Below are positions 52,405 to 62,164 of a stretch of DNA of 64,000 nucleotides, one piece after another. Source of the stretch: Solirubrobacteraceae bacterium (GTDB taxonomy: Bacteria; Actinomycetota; Thermoleophilia; Solirubrobacterales; Solirubrobacteraceae); contig DATHPU010000008.1 of NCBI GenBank assembly GCA_035483595.1, positions 7,762 to 71,761 of the forward strand, in the 5' to 3' direction. Position 1 is the stretch's first letter. Each line of letters opens with the position of its first letter. The position numbers and the translations under genes were made by a program. The notes beneath the pieces were generated by a model that saw only the letters and a program-made list of their open reading frames with translations, ran no database searches and was not told the origin of the DNA.

Positions 52405-53205
52405 ATGGAGCTGACTGACAGGCATGTCGTGGTGACGGGCGCCGCTGGCGGCATCGGCCGCGCGCTGGTGCGCGCCTTCGTGGCGGAGGGCGCCCGCGCG
52501 GTGGTGATCGCGGATCGCGAGCTCGACGGCGCGCGCAAGCTGGCGCAGGAGCTGGGCGCGGGCACGCTGGCGGTGGGCTTCGACGCGGGCCGCGAGGACA
52601 GCGTACGCGAGCTGATCGCGACGGCGACGGAGGCCAGCGGGCCGATCGACGTCTTCCTGTCGAACGCGGGCATCGGCGGCATGGGCGGCGGCCCGGAGGT
52701 GCCGGACGACTGCTGGGACGAAGCGTGGCGGATCAACGTGATGGCGCACGTGTGGGCATCGCGGGCGCTGCTGCCGCAGATGCTGGAGCGCGGCGAGGGC
52801 TACCTGATCAACACGGCGTCGGCGGCAGGGCTGTTGACGCAGGTGTCCTCGCTGGTGTACAGCGTGACCAAGCATGCGGCGGTGTCGCTGGCGGAGTGGC
52901 TCGCGATCGAATACGTGGACCAGGGCGTGCGCGTGTCGTGCATCTGCCCGCAGGGCGTACGCACGCCGATGCTCGAACAGGGTATGCAGGAGGCGGCCGC
53001 GGCGGCGGCGCTGTCCGCCGGCGGGCTGCTGGAACCGGAGGACGTGGCGGACGCGGTCGTGGCCGGCATCCGCGAGGAGCGCTTCCTGATCCTGCCGCAC
53101 GAGAACGTGGCGCAGTTCATGGCGCGCAAGGGCGCCGACCCGGAACGCTGGATCAAGGGGATGCGCCGGCTGGTGCGCGAGGCGCGCTCAGCGAGCGACG
53201 TCTAG
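52405..53205 (+). CDS. Short-chain dehydrogenase/reductase
   Basis: TGAAGGIG, SNAG, YSVTK. Confidence 0.92.
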   Translation: MELTDRHVVVTGAAGGIGRALVRAFVAEGARAVVIADRELDGARKLAQELGAGTLAVGFDAGREDSVRELIATATEASGPIDVFLSNAGIGGMGGGPEVPDDCWDEAWRINVMAHVWASRALLPQMLERGEGYLINTASAAGLLTQVSSLVYSVTKHAAVSLAEWLAIEYVDQGVRVSCICPQGVRTPMLEQGMQEAAAAAALSAGGLLEPEDVADAVVAGIREERFLILPHENVAQFMARKGADPERWIKGMRRLVREARSASDV

Positions 53206-54015
53206 ATACACGGGGTCGTGCGAGCAGATCAGCTCGACCTCGTCCGAGTGGCGTGCGGCCAGCTCGCGCAGACGTTCGACGTTGCCGCGGCGAGCGGCGC
53301 CGTCGACCTGGTCGAAGGCGGCGAACGCGGCGAGCCCGGGCGGGCAGTGCGGTGGCGTGGCGACCTCGCCGTGGTGGAAGTAGGAGTCGCCGCAGTGCAG
53401 CAGCCAGCCGTCGCCGCGCCTGATCGCGACGCCGGTGTGCCCGTGCGAGTGCCCCACGAGCGGGATCAGCAGTATCTCGGCGTCGCTGCCGGGCAGGATG
53501 CGCACGCTGTCGAACCCGTGCCACTGCTCGCCGCCGCCGTCGTGCTGCACCCAGCGGGGAGCGTGGGCCCAGTGCGCGGCGACGTAGCGGGGGCCGTCGC
53601 GCCAGCTGGGGTTCATGGCCGCCTCGAGCTCGCGCCCGAGCAGGTGCACCTCCGCCTCGGGGAAGTCGGGCAGCCCGCCCGCGTGGTCGAGGTCGAGATG
53701 AGTAGTGATGATGTGGCGTACGTCGTGCGGGTCGAAGCCGAGCTCGCGGATCTGGGTGATGGCGGCCTCGGCGCGACTGAGGCGCGGCCGCACGACGGCG
53801 GTGAACACGCGCCCGAGCTGGCGGGGGTTGGCGATGTCGTCGAGGCCGAAGCCGGTGTCCACGAGCACGAGACCCTCGGCGCCCTCGATCAGCAGGCAGT
53901 GGCAGACGAGCCGCGCATCGCCGAGCAGGCTGCCGTGGCCGGCGATCATGCGCGCGCCGCGCGGACACATGGTGCCGCAGCCGAGGTGGTGGATTGCGCG
54001 GGGGGCGGTGTTCAC
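53188..54015 (-). CDS. MBL-fold metallo-hydrolase
   Basis: THLDLDHAGG, GHSHGH, GDS, CSHD. Confidence 0.88.
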   Translation of the reverse strand: MNTAPRAIHHLGCGTMCPRGARMIAGHGSLLGDARLVCHCLLIEGAEGLVLVDTGFGLDDIANPRQLGRVFTAVVRPRLSRAEAAITQIRELGFDPHDVRHIITTHLDLDHAGGLPDFPEAEVHLLGRELEAAMNPSWRDGPRYVAAHWAHAPRWVQHDGGGEQWHGFDSVRILPGSDAEILLIPLVGHSHGHTGVAIRRGDGWLLHCGDSYFHHGEVATPPHCPPGLAAFAAFDQVDGAARRGNVERLRELAARHSDEVELICSHDPVYLDVAR

Positions 54016-55601
54016 TGAACGGCGAGCATATGCGACTGCTCGAGCGCGCGCCCGTGGCGGATCAGGTCGGCGGCGAGCTCGGCGACGGCGATGGTGGGCG
54101 CGTTGGTGTTGCCGCGCGGGACCGTCGGCATCACGGACGCATCGACGACGCGCAGCCCTTCGAGGCCGTTGACACGCAGCTGCTCGTCGACCACGGCGCC
54201 GGCGCCCGTGCCCATGCGGCAGGTGCCGCAGGGGTGGTAGACGGCGAAGGTCGTGCGCGCGACGTGCGCGCGCAGATCGTCGTCGCCGTCTCCGGCGGGC
54301 GTGTTGTACGGCTCGGCGCAGTACGGCCTCATCGCGTCCTGCGCGCAGATGTCGAGCGCGAGGCGCAGCCCGGCGATCATGCGCTGCATGTCGTCGCCGG
54401 CGGTGTAGAAGGCGTTGTGGATAACCGGCTTGGCGGTGGGGTCGTTGGACGCGAGGCGCACGCTGCCGCGGCTGTGCTCGGTGAGCAGGCACGGCGAGAC
54501 CCACACGCCGTGCGCCTCGGGGTCGCGCAGGCCCTCCTCGACGATGTGCACGGGCGCGACGTGGAACTGGATGTCGGGCGCGGGCGCGCCGGCGCCGACG
54601 CGCGCGAAGCCGCCGGCCTCGGCGAGGTTGGACGCGAACGGCCCGGTGCGCGTCGCTTCGTACTGCTCGAGCGCGGCGGGCTCGAGTGCGAGCAGCAGAC
54701 TCTGCGGCTCGGGGGTGGTCCACACGAGCTGCGTCGCGGGGTGGTCCGAGAGGTTCTCGCCGACGGCGGGCTGGTCGAGCAGCACCTCGACTTCACGCAT
54801 CGTCAGGTGCTCCGCGGGACCGACGCCGGAGAGCATCAGCAGCTGCGGCGAGTTGTACGCGCCGCCGCACAGGATCACCTCGCGCTCGGCGCGCAGCTCC
54901 TGCGCTTGGCCGAGCTGGCTGGCCTGCACGCCAACCGCGCGCGTGCCGTCGAACAGCACGCGCTGGACGAGCATGTACGGCATCACCGTCAAGTTCGGGC
55001 GCTCCATGACGGGATGCAGGTAGGAGACGGCGGCGCTCGCGCGCATGCCGCCGCGCTGGGTCACCTGGTACATGCCGACGCCGTCCTGCGCGTCGCCGTT
55101 GAAGTCGTCGTTGCGCTCGAGGCCCGCCTGCGCGCCGGCATCGACGAACGCGCGCGAGATGAGGTTGCCGGAGCGCTCTTCGCTGACCGCCAGCGGCCCG
55201 CCGGCGCCGTGCCAGCGCGAGGCGCCGCGCTCGTTGTCCTCGGCCTTGATGAAGTACGGGATCAGCTCGGCGGCGGACCAGCCGGGCACGCCCCATTCGT
55301 CGTAGTCGAGACGGTTGCCGCGGATGTAGACCATCGCGTTGACCGACGAGGAACCGCCGAGCACGCGACCGCGCGGCAGCGTGATGCGCCGGCCGTTGCA
55401 CTCGCGCTCGGGCGCGGAGTGGTAGTCCCAGTCGACCTCCGTGCCGCCCAGTTTCAGGTAGCCGAGGGGAACATGAATGTTTTCGTTGGTGTCAGGCGGC
55501 CCGGCCTCGAGCAGCAGCACCTGCACGTCGGGGTCCTCGCTGAGACGATTGGCGAGCACGCAGCCAGCGGATCCTGCTCCGACGATCACGTAGTCGTACA
55601 T
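54012..55601 (-). CDS. GMC oxidoreductase (choline dehydrogenase-like)
   Basis: GAGSAG, RGRVLGGSSSVNAM, YHPCGT, GNTNAP. Confidence 0.93.
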   Translation of the reverse strand: MYDYVIVGAGSAGCVLANRLSEDPDVQVLLLEAGPPDTNENIHVPLGYLKLGGTEVDWDYHSAPERECNGRRITLPRGRVLGGSSSVNAMVYIRGNRLDYDEWGVPGWSAAELIPYFIKAEDNERGASRWHGAGGPLAVSEERSGNLISRAFVDAGAQAGLERNDDFNGDAQDGVGMYQVTQRGGMRASAAVSYLHPVMERPNLTVMPYMLVQRVLFDGTRAVGVQASQLGQAQELRAEREVILCGGAYNSPQLLMLSGVGPAEHLTMREVEVLLDQPAVGENLSDHPATQLVWTTPEPQSLLLALEPAALEQYEATRTGPFASNLAEAGGFARVGAGAPAPDIQFHVAPVHIVEEGLRDPEAHGVWVSPCLLTEHSRGSVRLASNDPTAKPVIHNAFYTAGDDMQRMIAGLRLALDICAQDAMRPYCAEPYNTPAGDGDDDLRAHVARTTFAVYHPCGTCRMGTGAGAVVDEQLRVNGLEGLRVVDASVMPTVPRGNTNAPTIAVAELAADLIRHGRALEQSHMLAVQ

Positions 55602-55605
55602 GTGG

Positions 55606-56508
55606 TCACTCCCTCTTTGCCTGCTGGCGCTCGGGCGTTATCCGGATAACGTCCCACACGAGGCCCGTTCGCGCCAGGCCGGCGATCAGCCATGCGGAGG
55701 GGTCGAGCTGCCACCAGCGCAGACCGTGGCGCGCGGACGTGGGAAACGCGTGGTGATTGTTGTGCCATGCCTCGCCGAGCGTGGGCAGCGCCAGCCACGA
55801 CAGGTTGCGCGACTCGTCGCCCGTGGCGAAGCTGCGCCGGCCGAAGAAGTGGCACATGGAGTTGATCGAGAAGGTGGCGTGGTGAAGCAGGAACATGCGC
55901 ACCGCGCCGCCCCACAGGAGCGCCGCGAGCCCGCCCACGAGCGAGCCGGTGAGCGCGAAGCCGAGCGCGAACGGGAACGCCAGCCCCACAGCCACCCACA
56001 GCACGAACGTGCGGTCGACGAAGCGCACGACGGGATCGGCGAGCAGGTCCTTGGCGTAGTGCTGCTCGTCGGCGAGCGCGTCGCCGCCCAGGATCCAGCC
56101 GACGTGCGCGTGGAACAGGCCGCCCAGCGCACCGCGCCAGCCGGCGGCGTGGTCGACGTGCGGGCTGTGCGGGTCGCCGGCCTCGTCGGAGAACTGGTGG
56201 TGCTTGCGATGGTTGGCGACCCACTCGATCACCGGCCCCTCGACCGCCGCCGAGCCGAGCGCCGCCAGCACCCCGCGCAGCGCAGGGCTGGTCTTGAAGC
56301 TGCGGTGGGTGAGCAGCCGGTGGAAGCCGACGGTGATGCCGAGCCCGGTGAGCAAGTAGGTGACGGCGAGCGCGACCAGGTCGGGCCAGCGCAGGGCGCC
56401 GCCCCACGTCAGCCATGCCGCGAGCCCCACGAGCGCCAGCGGTAGGACCATCACGACCACGTTGGCAACGCGATCGATCGTCGCGAACGCGCGCGGTCGA
56501 TCATCCAC
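55606..56508 (-). CDS. Acyl-CoA (delta-9) desaturase
   Basis: His boxes HRLLTH, HRKHH, HNNHH. Confidence 0.92.
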   Translation of the reverse strand: MDDRPRAFATIDRVANVVVMVLPLALVGLAAWLTWGGALRWPDLVALAVTYLLTGLGITVGFHRLLTHRSFKTSPALRGVLAALGSAAVEGPVIEWVANHRKHHQFSDEAGDPHSPHVDHAAGWRGALGGLFHAHVGWILGGDALADEQHYAKDLLADPVVRFVDRTFVLWVAVGLAFPFALGFALTGSLVGGLAALLWGGAVRMFLLHHATFSINSMCHFFGRRSFATGDESRNLSWLALPTLGEAWHNNHHAFPTSARHGLRWWQLDPSAWLIAGLARTGLVWDVIRITPERQQAKRE

Positions 56509-56592
56509 GCTGACGACGATACCGCTGTAACGGATGGCGGGCTGCGTGGACTGAACGTTGCACGTCCACCCCCGACTCCCAGGAGAACCTCA

Positions 56593-57708
56593 ATGAGATC
56601 GATAACTCGCCTCGGCGTGGCGGCGCTCGCCGCCGCAGCCACGCTCGGGACGCTCAGCGCACCCGCGCTCGCGACCGGCACGGGCCACGCGGTGTTCGTC
56701 CAGACGGACAACGTAAAAGGCAACCAGATCGTCGTGTACGACCGCTCCAGCGAAGGGACGCTGACGCAGGCCGGCATCTACAGCACGGGCGGGCTGGGCG
56801 GCACGCTCGAAGGCTCGGTCGTGGACCACCTCGCCTCGCAGGGCTCGCTCGCTTATGACAGCCAGGACGGGCTGCTGTTCGCAGTGAACGCGGGCAGCAA
56901 CACGGTCTCGGTGTTCGCGGTGTTCGGCGACAAGCTGGCGCTGCGGCAGGTGATCGGCTCGGGCGGCGCGTTCCCCGTCAGCATCGCCGTGCGCGACGGC
57001 CTCGCGTACGTGCTCAACGGCCTGGAAGGCGGGTCGGTGCAGGGCTTCGCGGTGTCGGGCGGCCGCCTGGTCGCGATCCCGGGCTCGGGCCGCACGCTCG
57101 GCCTCGGCGCGGAAGGGCCGCAGTTCACGCACACGCCGGGCACGGTCGTGTTCTCGCCGAGCGGCACGCAGCTGATCGTGACGACGAAGGCCAACGGCAA
57201 CGACGTCGACGTGTTCGGCGTCTCGCCGGGCGGCGCGCTGTCTGCGACGCCGGTGGTGAACGAACTGCCGGGCACGGTTCCGTTCGCGATCGTGTTCGAC
57301 AAGCAGGGGCACCTGATCCTCGCCGAGAGCGCGGGCGCTCTGGCGGACTTCGAACTGAGGGAAAGCGGCACGATCGCACAGCTCGACGTGGTCCCCTCGG
57401 AACAGATCGCCACCTGCTGGGTAGTGGAAGCGCGCGGGGTGTTCTTCACCTCCAACCCCGGCAGCGCGTCGCTGAGCGGCTTCTCCTCCAGCCACGGCGG
57501 GCAGCTGCTGACGCTGCTGGGCGACACGCCGACCGACGGCGGCACGGTCGACGCCGCGGCAACCGGCGACGGCCACTTCCTGTACGTGCAGACGGGCGCG
57601 GAAGGCAACGTGGACGAGTTCGCGGTCGCGGCGAAGGGCGCGCTGACGAAGATCGGCTCGGTGACGGTGCCGGGCGCGGTCGGCGGCGAGGGCATCGTCG
57701 CGGGCTGA
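56593..57708 (+). CDS. Secreted beta-propeller protein (lactonase family)
   Basis: Signal peptide; repeated blades LFAVNAGSNTVSVF, AYVLNG, FLYVQ; RBS AGGAG. Confidence 0.8.
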   Translation: MRSITRLGVAALAAAATLGTLSAPALATGTGHAVFVQTDNVKGNQIVVYDRSSEGTLTQAGIYSTGGLGGTLEGSVVDHLASQGSLAYDSQDGLLFAVNAGSNTVSVFAVFGDKLALRQVIGSGGAFPVSIAVRDGLAYVLNGLEGGSVQGFAVSGGRLVAIPGSGRTLGLGAEGPQFTHTPGTVVFSPSGTQLIVTTKANGNDVDVFGVSPGGALSATPVVNELPGTVPFAIVFDKQGHLILAESAGALADFELRESGTIAQLDVVPSEQIATCWVVEARGVFFTSNPGSASLSGFSSSHGGQLLTLLGDTPTDGGTVDAAATGDGHFLYVQTGAEGNVDEFAVAAKGALTKIGSVTVPGAVGGEGIVAG

Positions 57709-57830
57709 GGGAGGCCATGCCATGCAGGTTGCGGCGCCCGCGCGGGCGCCGTAGCCTGCACGGCGGCGAATGAACGGCATGCACTGTGCTCCGCATCTCT
57801 CATCCGATCCCCGGGGCGACACGTGGGACT

Positions 57831-57861
57831 GATCGCCGTGATCGCCGTGATCGCCGTGATC
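57831..57861. repeat. 9-bp tandem repeat GATCGCCGT x3
   Basis: Visible just upstream of the sigma factor gene. Confidence 0.8.
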
Positions 57862-57897
57862 GGGGTGCCGCTTCGGCGCAACCGCACGGCGGGGGCG

Positions 57898-58491
57898 GTG
57901 GTGGACGCGGACGGCGAGCTCGTGGAGCGACTGCAGGCGGGCGAGGAGCAGGCGTTCGTGGCGCTGGTGTCGCGCCATCACGCCGCGATGCTGCGCCTTG
58001 CCGGCTCGTTCGTGGCGAGCCCGGCGGTGGCGGAGGAGGTCGTGCAGGACACGTGGATGGCGGTGCTGCGCGGGATCGACGGCTTCGCCGGACGCTCCAC
58101 GTTCAGGACCTGGCTGCTGCGGATCCTCGTCAACCGCGCGACGAGCACGGGCATGCGTGAGCGGCGCACGGTGGCGGTGGGCGACGCGGGGCCGGTGGTC
58201 GACCGCGCGCGCTTCGACGCGTCGGGCGCGTGGATGTCGCCGCCGCAGCACTGGGTGGAGGACAGCGACGATCGGCTGCTCGCGCAGGGGCTGACCGCTC
58301 AGATCCAAGACGCCCTGGACGCGCTGCCGGCGCGCCAGCGCGACGTCGTGCTGCTGCGCGACGTCGACGGTCTCAGCGGCCAGGAGGTGTGCGAGGTGCT
58401 GGAGATCTCAGACGCCAACCAGCGCGTGCTGCTGCACCGCGGGCGCAGCCACCTGCGCCAAGCGCTAGAGAGCGAGCTGGGGGGCGTCTGA
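57898..58491 (+). CDS. ECF sigma-70 factor
   Basis: AEEVVQDTW, FRTWLLRILVN, LPARQRDVVLLRD, VLLHRGR. Confidence 0.92.
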   Translation: MVDADGELVERLQAGEEQAFVALVSRHHAAMLRLAGSFVASPAVAEEVVQDTWMAVLRGIDGFAGRSTFRTWLLRILVNRATSTGMRERRTVAVGDAGPVVDRARFDASGAWMSPPQHWVEDSDDRLLAQGLTAQIQDALDALPARQRDVVLLRDVDGLSGQEVCEVLEISDANQRVLLHRGRSHLRQALESELGGV

Positions 58492-58493
58492 GC

Positions 58494-58751
58494 ATGTTCT
58501 GGTCCAAGCCCGAGCTGGTCTGCCGGGAGATGGTCGAGCTGGTCACCGACTACCTCGAAGGCGCGCTCACGCGCTCGCAGCGCCGGCGCTTCGAGGCGCA
58601 CCTGGCGGCGTGCGAGCACTGCACCGAGTACCTGCAGCAGATGCGCGCCACGATCAGGCTGACGGGGCGCCTGCAGGCCGAGGACCTGACGCCGCAGATG
58701 CGCGAGGACTTCACGGACCTGTATCGGCGCTGGCGCGCCGAGGAGGACTGA
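58494..58751 (+). CDS. Soluble zinc-binding anti-sigma factor (zf-HC2/ZAS)
   Basis: CREMVELVTDYLEG...HLAACEHC; no TM segment. Confidence 0.9.
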   Translation: MFWSKPELVCREMVELVTDYLEGALTRSQRRRFEAHLAACEHCTEYLQQMRATIRLTGRLQAEDLTPQMREDFTDLYRRWRAEED

Positions 58752-58827
58752 GCGCTCAGTCGCTGCTGGACTGCGCCCGCAGAGCACGTCGACGCCGCGG
58801 ATCGAGCTGCCCCGTGGGCGCCGCGGC

Positions 58828-59634
58828 TTAGGCGCGCGAGAACGGGCGGTGGTGTGCCGCGCCGAGGCGGTCGAGCACGGCGGTCAACACCGCCGTGACC
58901 TCCTCGGCGCTCACCTGCTCCGCGGCGACCTCCTCGGCCGCCATCAGCTCTGCGGAGATATCCCAGCGAGGCTCGCCGTAAGCCTCCTGGCCGCCGTAAG
59001 CCTCCTGGCCGCCGGAAGCCTCCTGCTCGAGGGGAGCCTCCTGAGCCTCCCGCTCCGGAGGAGCCGCGGCGAACACGTCACTGGACGCGAACGCCTCGGG
59101 GGCGAGCGCCTCGCGTAGCGCGGTGAATGCGTCGGGCTGCTCGGGTGCCACCACCGCGCGCGGCGCGCTGCGGCGACCGAACAGACGCGCGAAGAACCCA
59201 CGACGTGGCTCCGGCTCGATCGCGGGCTCGGCTGGCGGCTCTGGCATCGCCTCAACGGATGCCGGCGCGACCGCAGGCTCCGGCTCGGGGTCGGGATCGG
59301 CGGCCAGCTCCGGATCGGCGGCCAGCTCCGGATCGGCGGCCGGCTGCGGATCGGCGGCCGGCTGGTCCGCGGGCTCGGCGACGGCGGGCTGCGCGCCCGG
59401 AGTCTCGCGGGTGACGCTGAGGGTGACCTTGGTGCCCCAGCCCGAAGGCTTGATCGAGACGGTGCCGGTCGTGTTCTCGGCTGCCCACTCGACGGTGCTT
59501 TCGGGCTCGGTGCGCACGATGCGGATCTCACCGAGCTCGCCGAGGTGGCGTGCGAGCGCGGCGGGATCGCTCAGCTCGGCCCACAGCTCGGGCGGCGACT
59601 TGACCAGCGTTCGCTGCACCTCCGAAGAGATCAT
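58828..59634 (-). CDS. Hypothetical protein (SRPBCC-like N-terminus, low-complexity linker)
   Basis: RTLVKSPPELWAELSD...SGWGTKVTL; C-terminal LGAAHHRPFSRA. Confidence 0.7.
   Translation of the reverse strand: MISSEVQRTLVKSPPELWAELSDPAALARHLGELGEIRIVRTEPESTVEWAAENTTGTVSIKPSGWGTKVTLSVTRETPGAQPAVAEPADQPAADPQPAADPELAADPELAADPDPEPEPAVAPASVEAMPEPPAEPAIEPEPRRGFFARLFGRRSAPRAVVAPEQPDAFTALREALAPEAFASSDVFAAAPPEREAQEAPLEQEASGGQEAYGGQEAYGEPRWDISAELMAAEEVAAEQVSAEEVTAVLTAVLDRLGAAHHRPFSRA
58974..59025. repeat. 18-bp tandem repeat about x3 (GQEAYG)
   Basis: GCCGTAAGCCTCCTGGCC units within the CDS. Confidence 0.7.
59293..59365. repeat. 18-bp tandem repeat about x4 (AADPEL/AADPQP)
   Basis: GGATCGGCGGCCAGCTCC units within the CDS. 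Confidence 0.75.
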
Positions 59635-59667
59635 CCCTGAGGGATTCGAGCGTGCCGGCGCTAGTCC

Positions 59668-60032
59668 TTCCTGTACAAGCCGAGCTCGCTCACCGACGAG
59701 GAGTGGAAGGTGATGCGCAGGCACACCGAGATCGGGGCGCGGATCATCGCGGCGGATCCGAGCCTGGCGGACGTGGTGATGCTCGTGCGCGCGCATCACG
59801 AGCGCTACGACGGAGGCGGCTACCCCGACGGGCTCGTCGGAGGCGAAGTGCCGTTCGGCGCATGCGTGATCGCGGTGTGCGCGGCGTTTGTGGCGATGAT
59901 GCGCACCGCCCGTACATCGACGGGATCACCGTCGTGGAGGCGCTCGCCGAGCTGCACCGCTGCGCCGGCACCCAGTTTCACCCCGAGGTGGTGGACGTCT
60001 TCCACGAGGTCTTCCGCGAGCTGTTCCAGTGA
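59668..60032 (+). pseudogene. HD-GYP phosphodiesterase fragment, 5'-truncated and frameshifted
   Basis: KPSSLTDEEW..HHERYDGGGYPDGL in one frame; RPY..AGTQFHPEVV in another, shift near 59905. Confidence 0.8.
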
Positions 60033-60119
60033 CCGCGCCGTAGGACATCCGTCGAGCAGCACGCACAAGCGCGTGCGAACACAGCACAGTGATCGAGCCG
60101 ATGTCGGGGGTCGATCACA

Positions 60120-60393
60120 CCAGTCGCGAACGCGCGCGCAAGCAGGCGCGGAAAACGGCTCGGGCACCGACCACGGCGACGGCGGCGTGGCGTTCCTGAT
60201 CGGCACGCGGGCTGCCGGGAAGATGGTGGGCGAGTTCCCCGGACTCACCAACCTGGCCGAAAACGAAAACCTCATCAGGACGTCCGACTTCCGCGGGATG
60301 TACTGCTCGCTGCTGGAGCAGTGGTTCCAGACGGAAGCCGGACTGGTGATACCGGAAGCGGCCTCGTTCGAACGACCGCTTCTGGTGAAGTGA
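60120..60393 (+). pseudogene. DUF1501-like C-terminal remnant
   Basis: ENGSGTDHG..G..FLIG..GEFPGL..DFRGMYCSLLEQW without its own N-terminus. Confidence 0.65.
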
Positions 60394-60397
60394 CGCT

Positions 60398-60904
60398 TTA
60401 CGACCGTCGCGATCGCACCATCCTCAGCGCCGGCGCGCGCCTGCGCCGGGCAGCGACCTCGTCCACCTGGAACGGCAGCAGCTCGGTGACGCCGGTCCGC
60501 TCGAAGGCGCGCTGGATCGGCTTCGGTCCGGGGATCAGCGAGACGCCGAGGCCGCGCCGCTGATACAGGCCGCAGCGGAACGCGATCACGGCCACGCCGA
60601 TCGCGTCGATGTGGCCGAGCTGGCGGAGATCGAGGGTGATGCCCGTGACCCCGTCTTCGCACAGACGCTCCATCTCCGTTTCGAGCGCATGTGCGGACCG
60701 GCGGGTCAGCTCGCCCGTCAAGACCAGCGTATGCGTCCAGATGAGCGGAGCCTGCTCCGTCGCGTCGAGCGTGCTGCTGATGTGCTGTTCGCGCGCGTGC
60801 CTGTCGAACACGGCGCTCACGACATCGGCGCCCGCCGGAGTCGCGTCGCCGCTCTCTCTCCTGTCGATGCTTACTGTTGACGTCGTCAGTTGACGATCCA
60901 TCAC
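60398..60904 (-). CDS. STAS-domain protein (anti-sigma antagonist-like)
   Basis: LTGEL, LDLRQLGHIDAIGV, IQRAFERTG; SD AAGGAG 6 nt before GTG. Confidence 0.8.
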   Translation of the reverse strand: MMDRQLTTSTVSIDRRESGDATPAGADVVSAVFDRHAREQHISSTLDATEQAPLIWTHTLVLTGELTRRSAHALETEMERLCEDGVTGITLDLRQLGHIDAIGVAVIAFRCGLYQRRGLGVSLIPGPKPIQRAFERTGVTELLPFQVDEVAARRRRAPALRMVRSRRS

Positions 60905-60986
60905 TTACAGCTCCTTCCGAGAAGCTTTCGAATTGATTCCAGGCCCGGATCACTGGGTCCGGGGCGAGTGAGACGAGCGGGAGGAG

Positions 60987-62102
60987 CTAGCCCGGTCGCT
61001 CTGGAATCAGAACGAAGAAAGCCGTCAGCCACGGACGGCAGGAGAGCCGCAGGCGGCGCAGGGCGCGCGGCGCGGCATGCAGAAGAAGGCCCGACAGCGT
61101 GAAGAAGCCGGAGAAGGCGCCGCCGGCGCCGCCCGCCGCGGAGCCGCCGAAGGCGCCGCTCGGCGCCGGGCCGGGCGGCGGCGCGACGGAGCGGCTGCCG
61201 CCGCTGGAGCCGCCAAGGCCGCCGTCCTGCGAGACGCCGGTGCCGGGCGTGGGAGCCTCGGAGGCGAACACGGCCGAGGCCGTGGCCAAGCTCACGGACC
61301 CCGACCAGGCTGAGGTGCAGCTTTCTTCGGCCTGGCCCGATAGGCCGGACAGCTGGCAGCTGAGGTCGGCAGCGCGCTGAGCGGGAGTGAGGTTAACTCG
61401 CGCAAGGGTTGCGTCCGAGCGCTTGGTGGAGCTTTCGAGTGGCGCTTCCGGCTCGCCGGTGGTGGCGATCGTCGCGGGAGGCACGAGCAGTTGGGGCACG
61501 GCTTCGGGCGCGACTGGCGGGGGAGGGCTCGACGCGGGATCGAGCGGCTGCTGCTGCGCATCGGGGGACGACGGCGGTTCGCCGCCTGCCGGCGTGAGCA
61601 GCGCGGATTCCTTCGTCTGTTCGACGACGATCGGCGACACGGGCGAGCTGACTTCGGACACCGGCGCGGGTGTCACGGGCGGGGCGGGTTCGGGTGCGGG
61701 TTCGGGCGTCGGCTTGGTGGCTTCCGGCGGGGGTTCCGTGACGGGCGGGGGTTCTGTGACGGGCTTCGATTCCGCGACAGGCGCTGGTTCGGAGACCGGA
61801 GCCGGTTCGGGCGCCGGCGTCGATTCTTCGACCGGCGGCGTCGATTCCGGTGACTGGGCGACTGGTTCTGAGACGGGCGGGTCGGCTTCCGGCGCGGGTT
61901 GGCCGGACGGCGCTTCGGCTTCGGGCGCCGTTTCACTGATGGGGACCGTTTCACTTCCAGGGCCAACAGATTCACCTGCCGTTTCGGCGCTGGCCGTCGC
62001 CGCCAGCAGAAGCATCATCAGCAGCGCCGCGATGGCTGACCCCACGCAGAGGTGAGCTCTGCTGGCGATGCTCGCGACGGGGTTATGGGCGGTGCCGGAC
62101 AT
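60987..62102 (-). CDS. Secreted Pro/Glu-rich low-complexity protein ending in ERPG
   Basis: Signal peptide ...LLLAATASA; PAPEPAP repeats; C-terminal hydrophobic/basic tail FFVLIPERPG. Confidence 0.7.
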   Translation of the reverse strand: MSGTAHNPVASIASRAHLCVGSAIAALLMMLLLAATASAETAGESVGPGSETVPISETAPEAEAPSGQPAPEADPPVSEPVAQSPESTPPVEESTPAPEPAPVSEPAPVAESKPVTEPPPVTEPPPEATKPTPEPAPEPAPPVTPAPVSEVSSPVSPIVVEQTKESALLTPAGGEPPSSPDAQQQPLDPASSPPPPVAPEAVPQLLVPPATIATTGEPEAPLESSTKRSDATLARVNLTPAQRAADLSCQLSGLSGQAEESCTSAWSGSVSLATASAVFASEAPTPGTGVSQDGGLGGSSGGSRSVAPPPGPAPSGAFGGSAAGGAGGAFSGFFTLSGLLLHAAPRALRRLRLSCRPWLTAFFVLIPERPG

Positions 62103-62164
62103 TTCTGATTCTGGGTGGCGCTTCCCGCAACGACCAATGATAAACGCGCGAGAGCCTTGCATCA

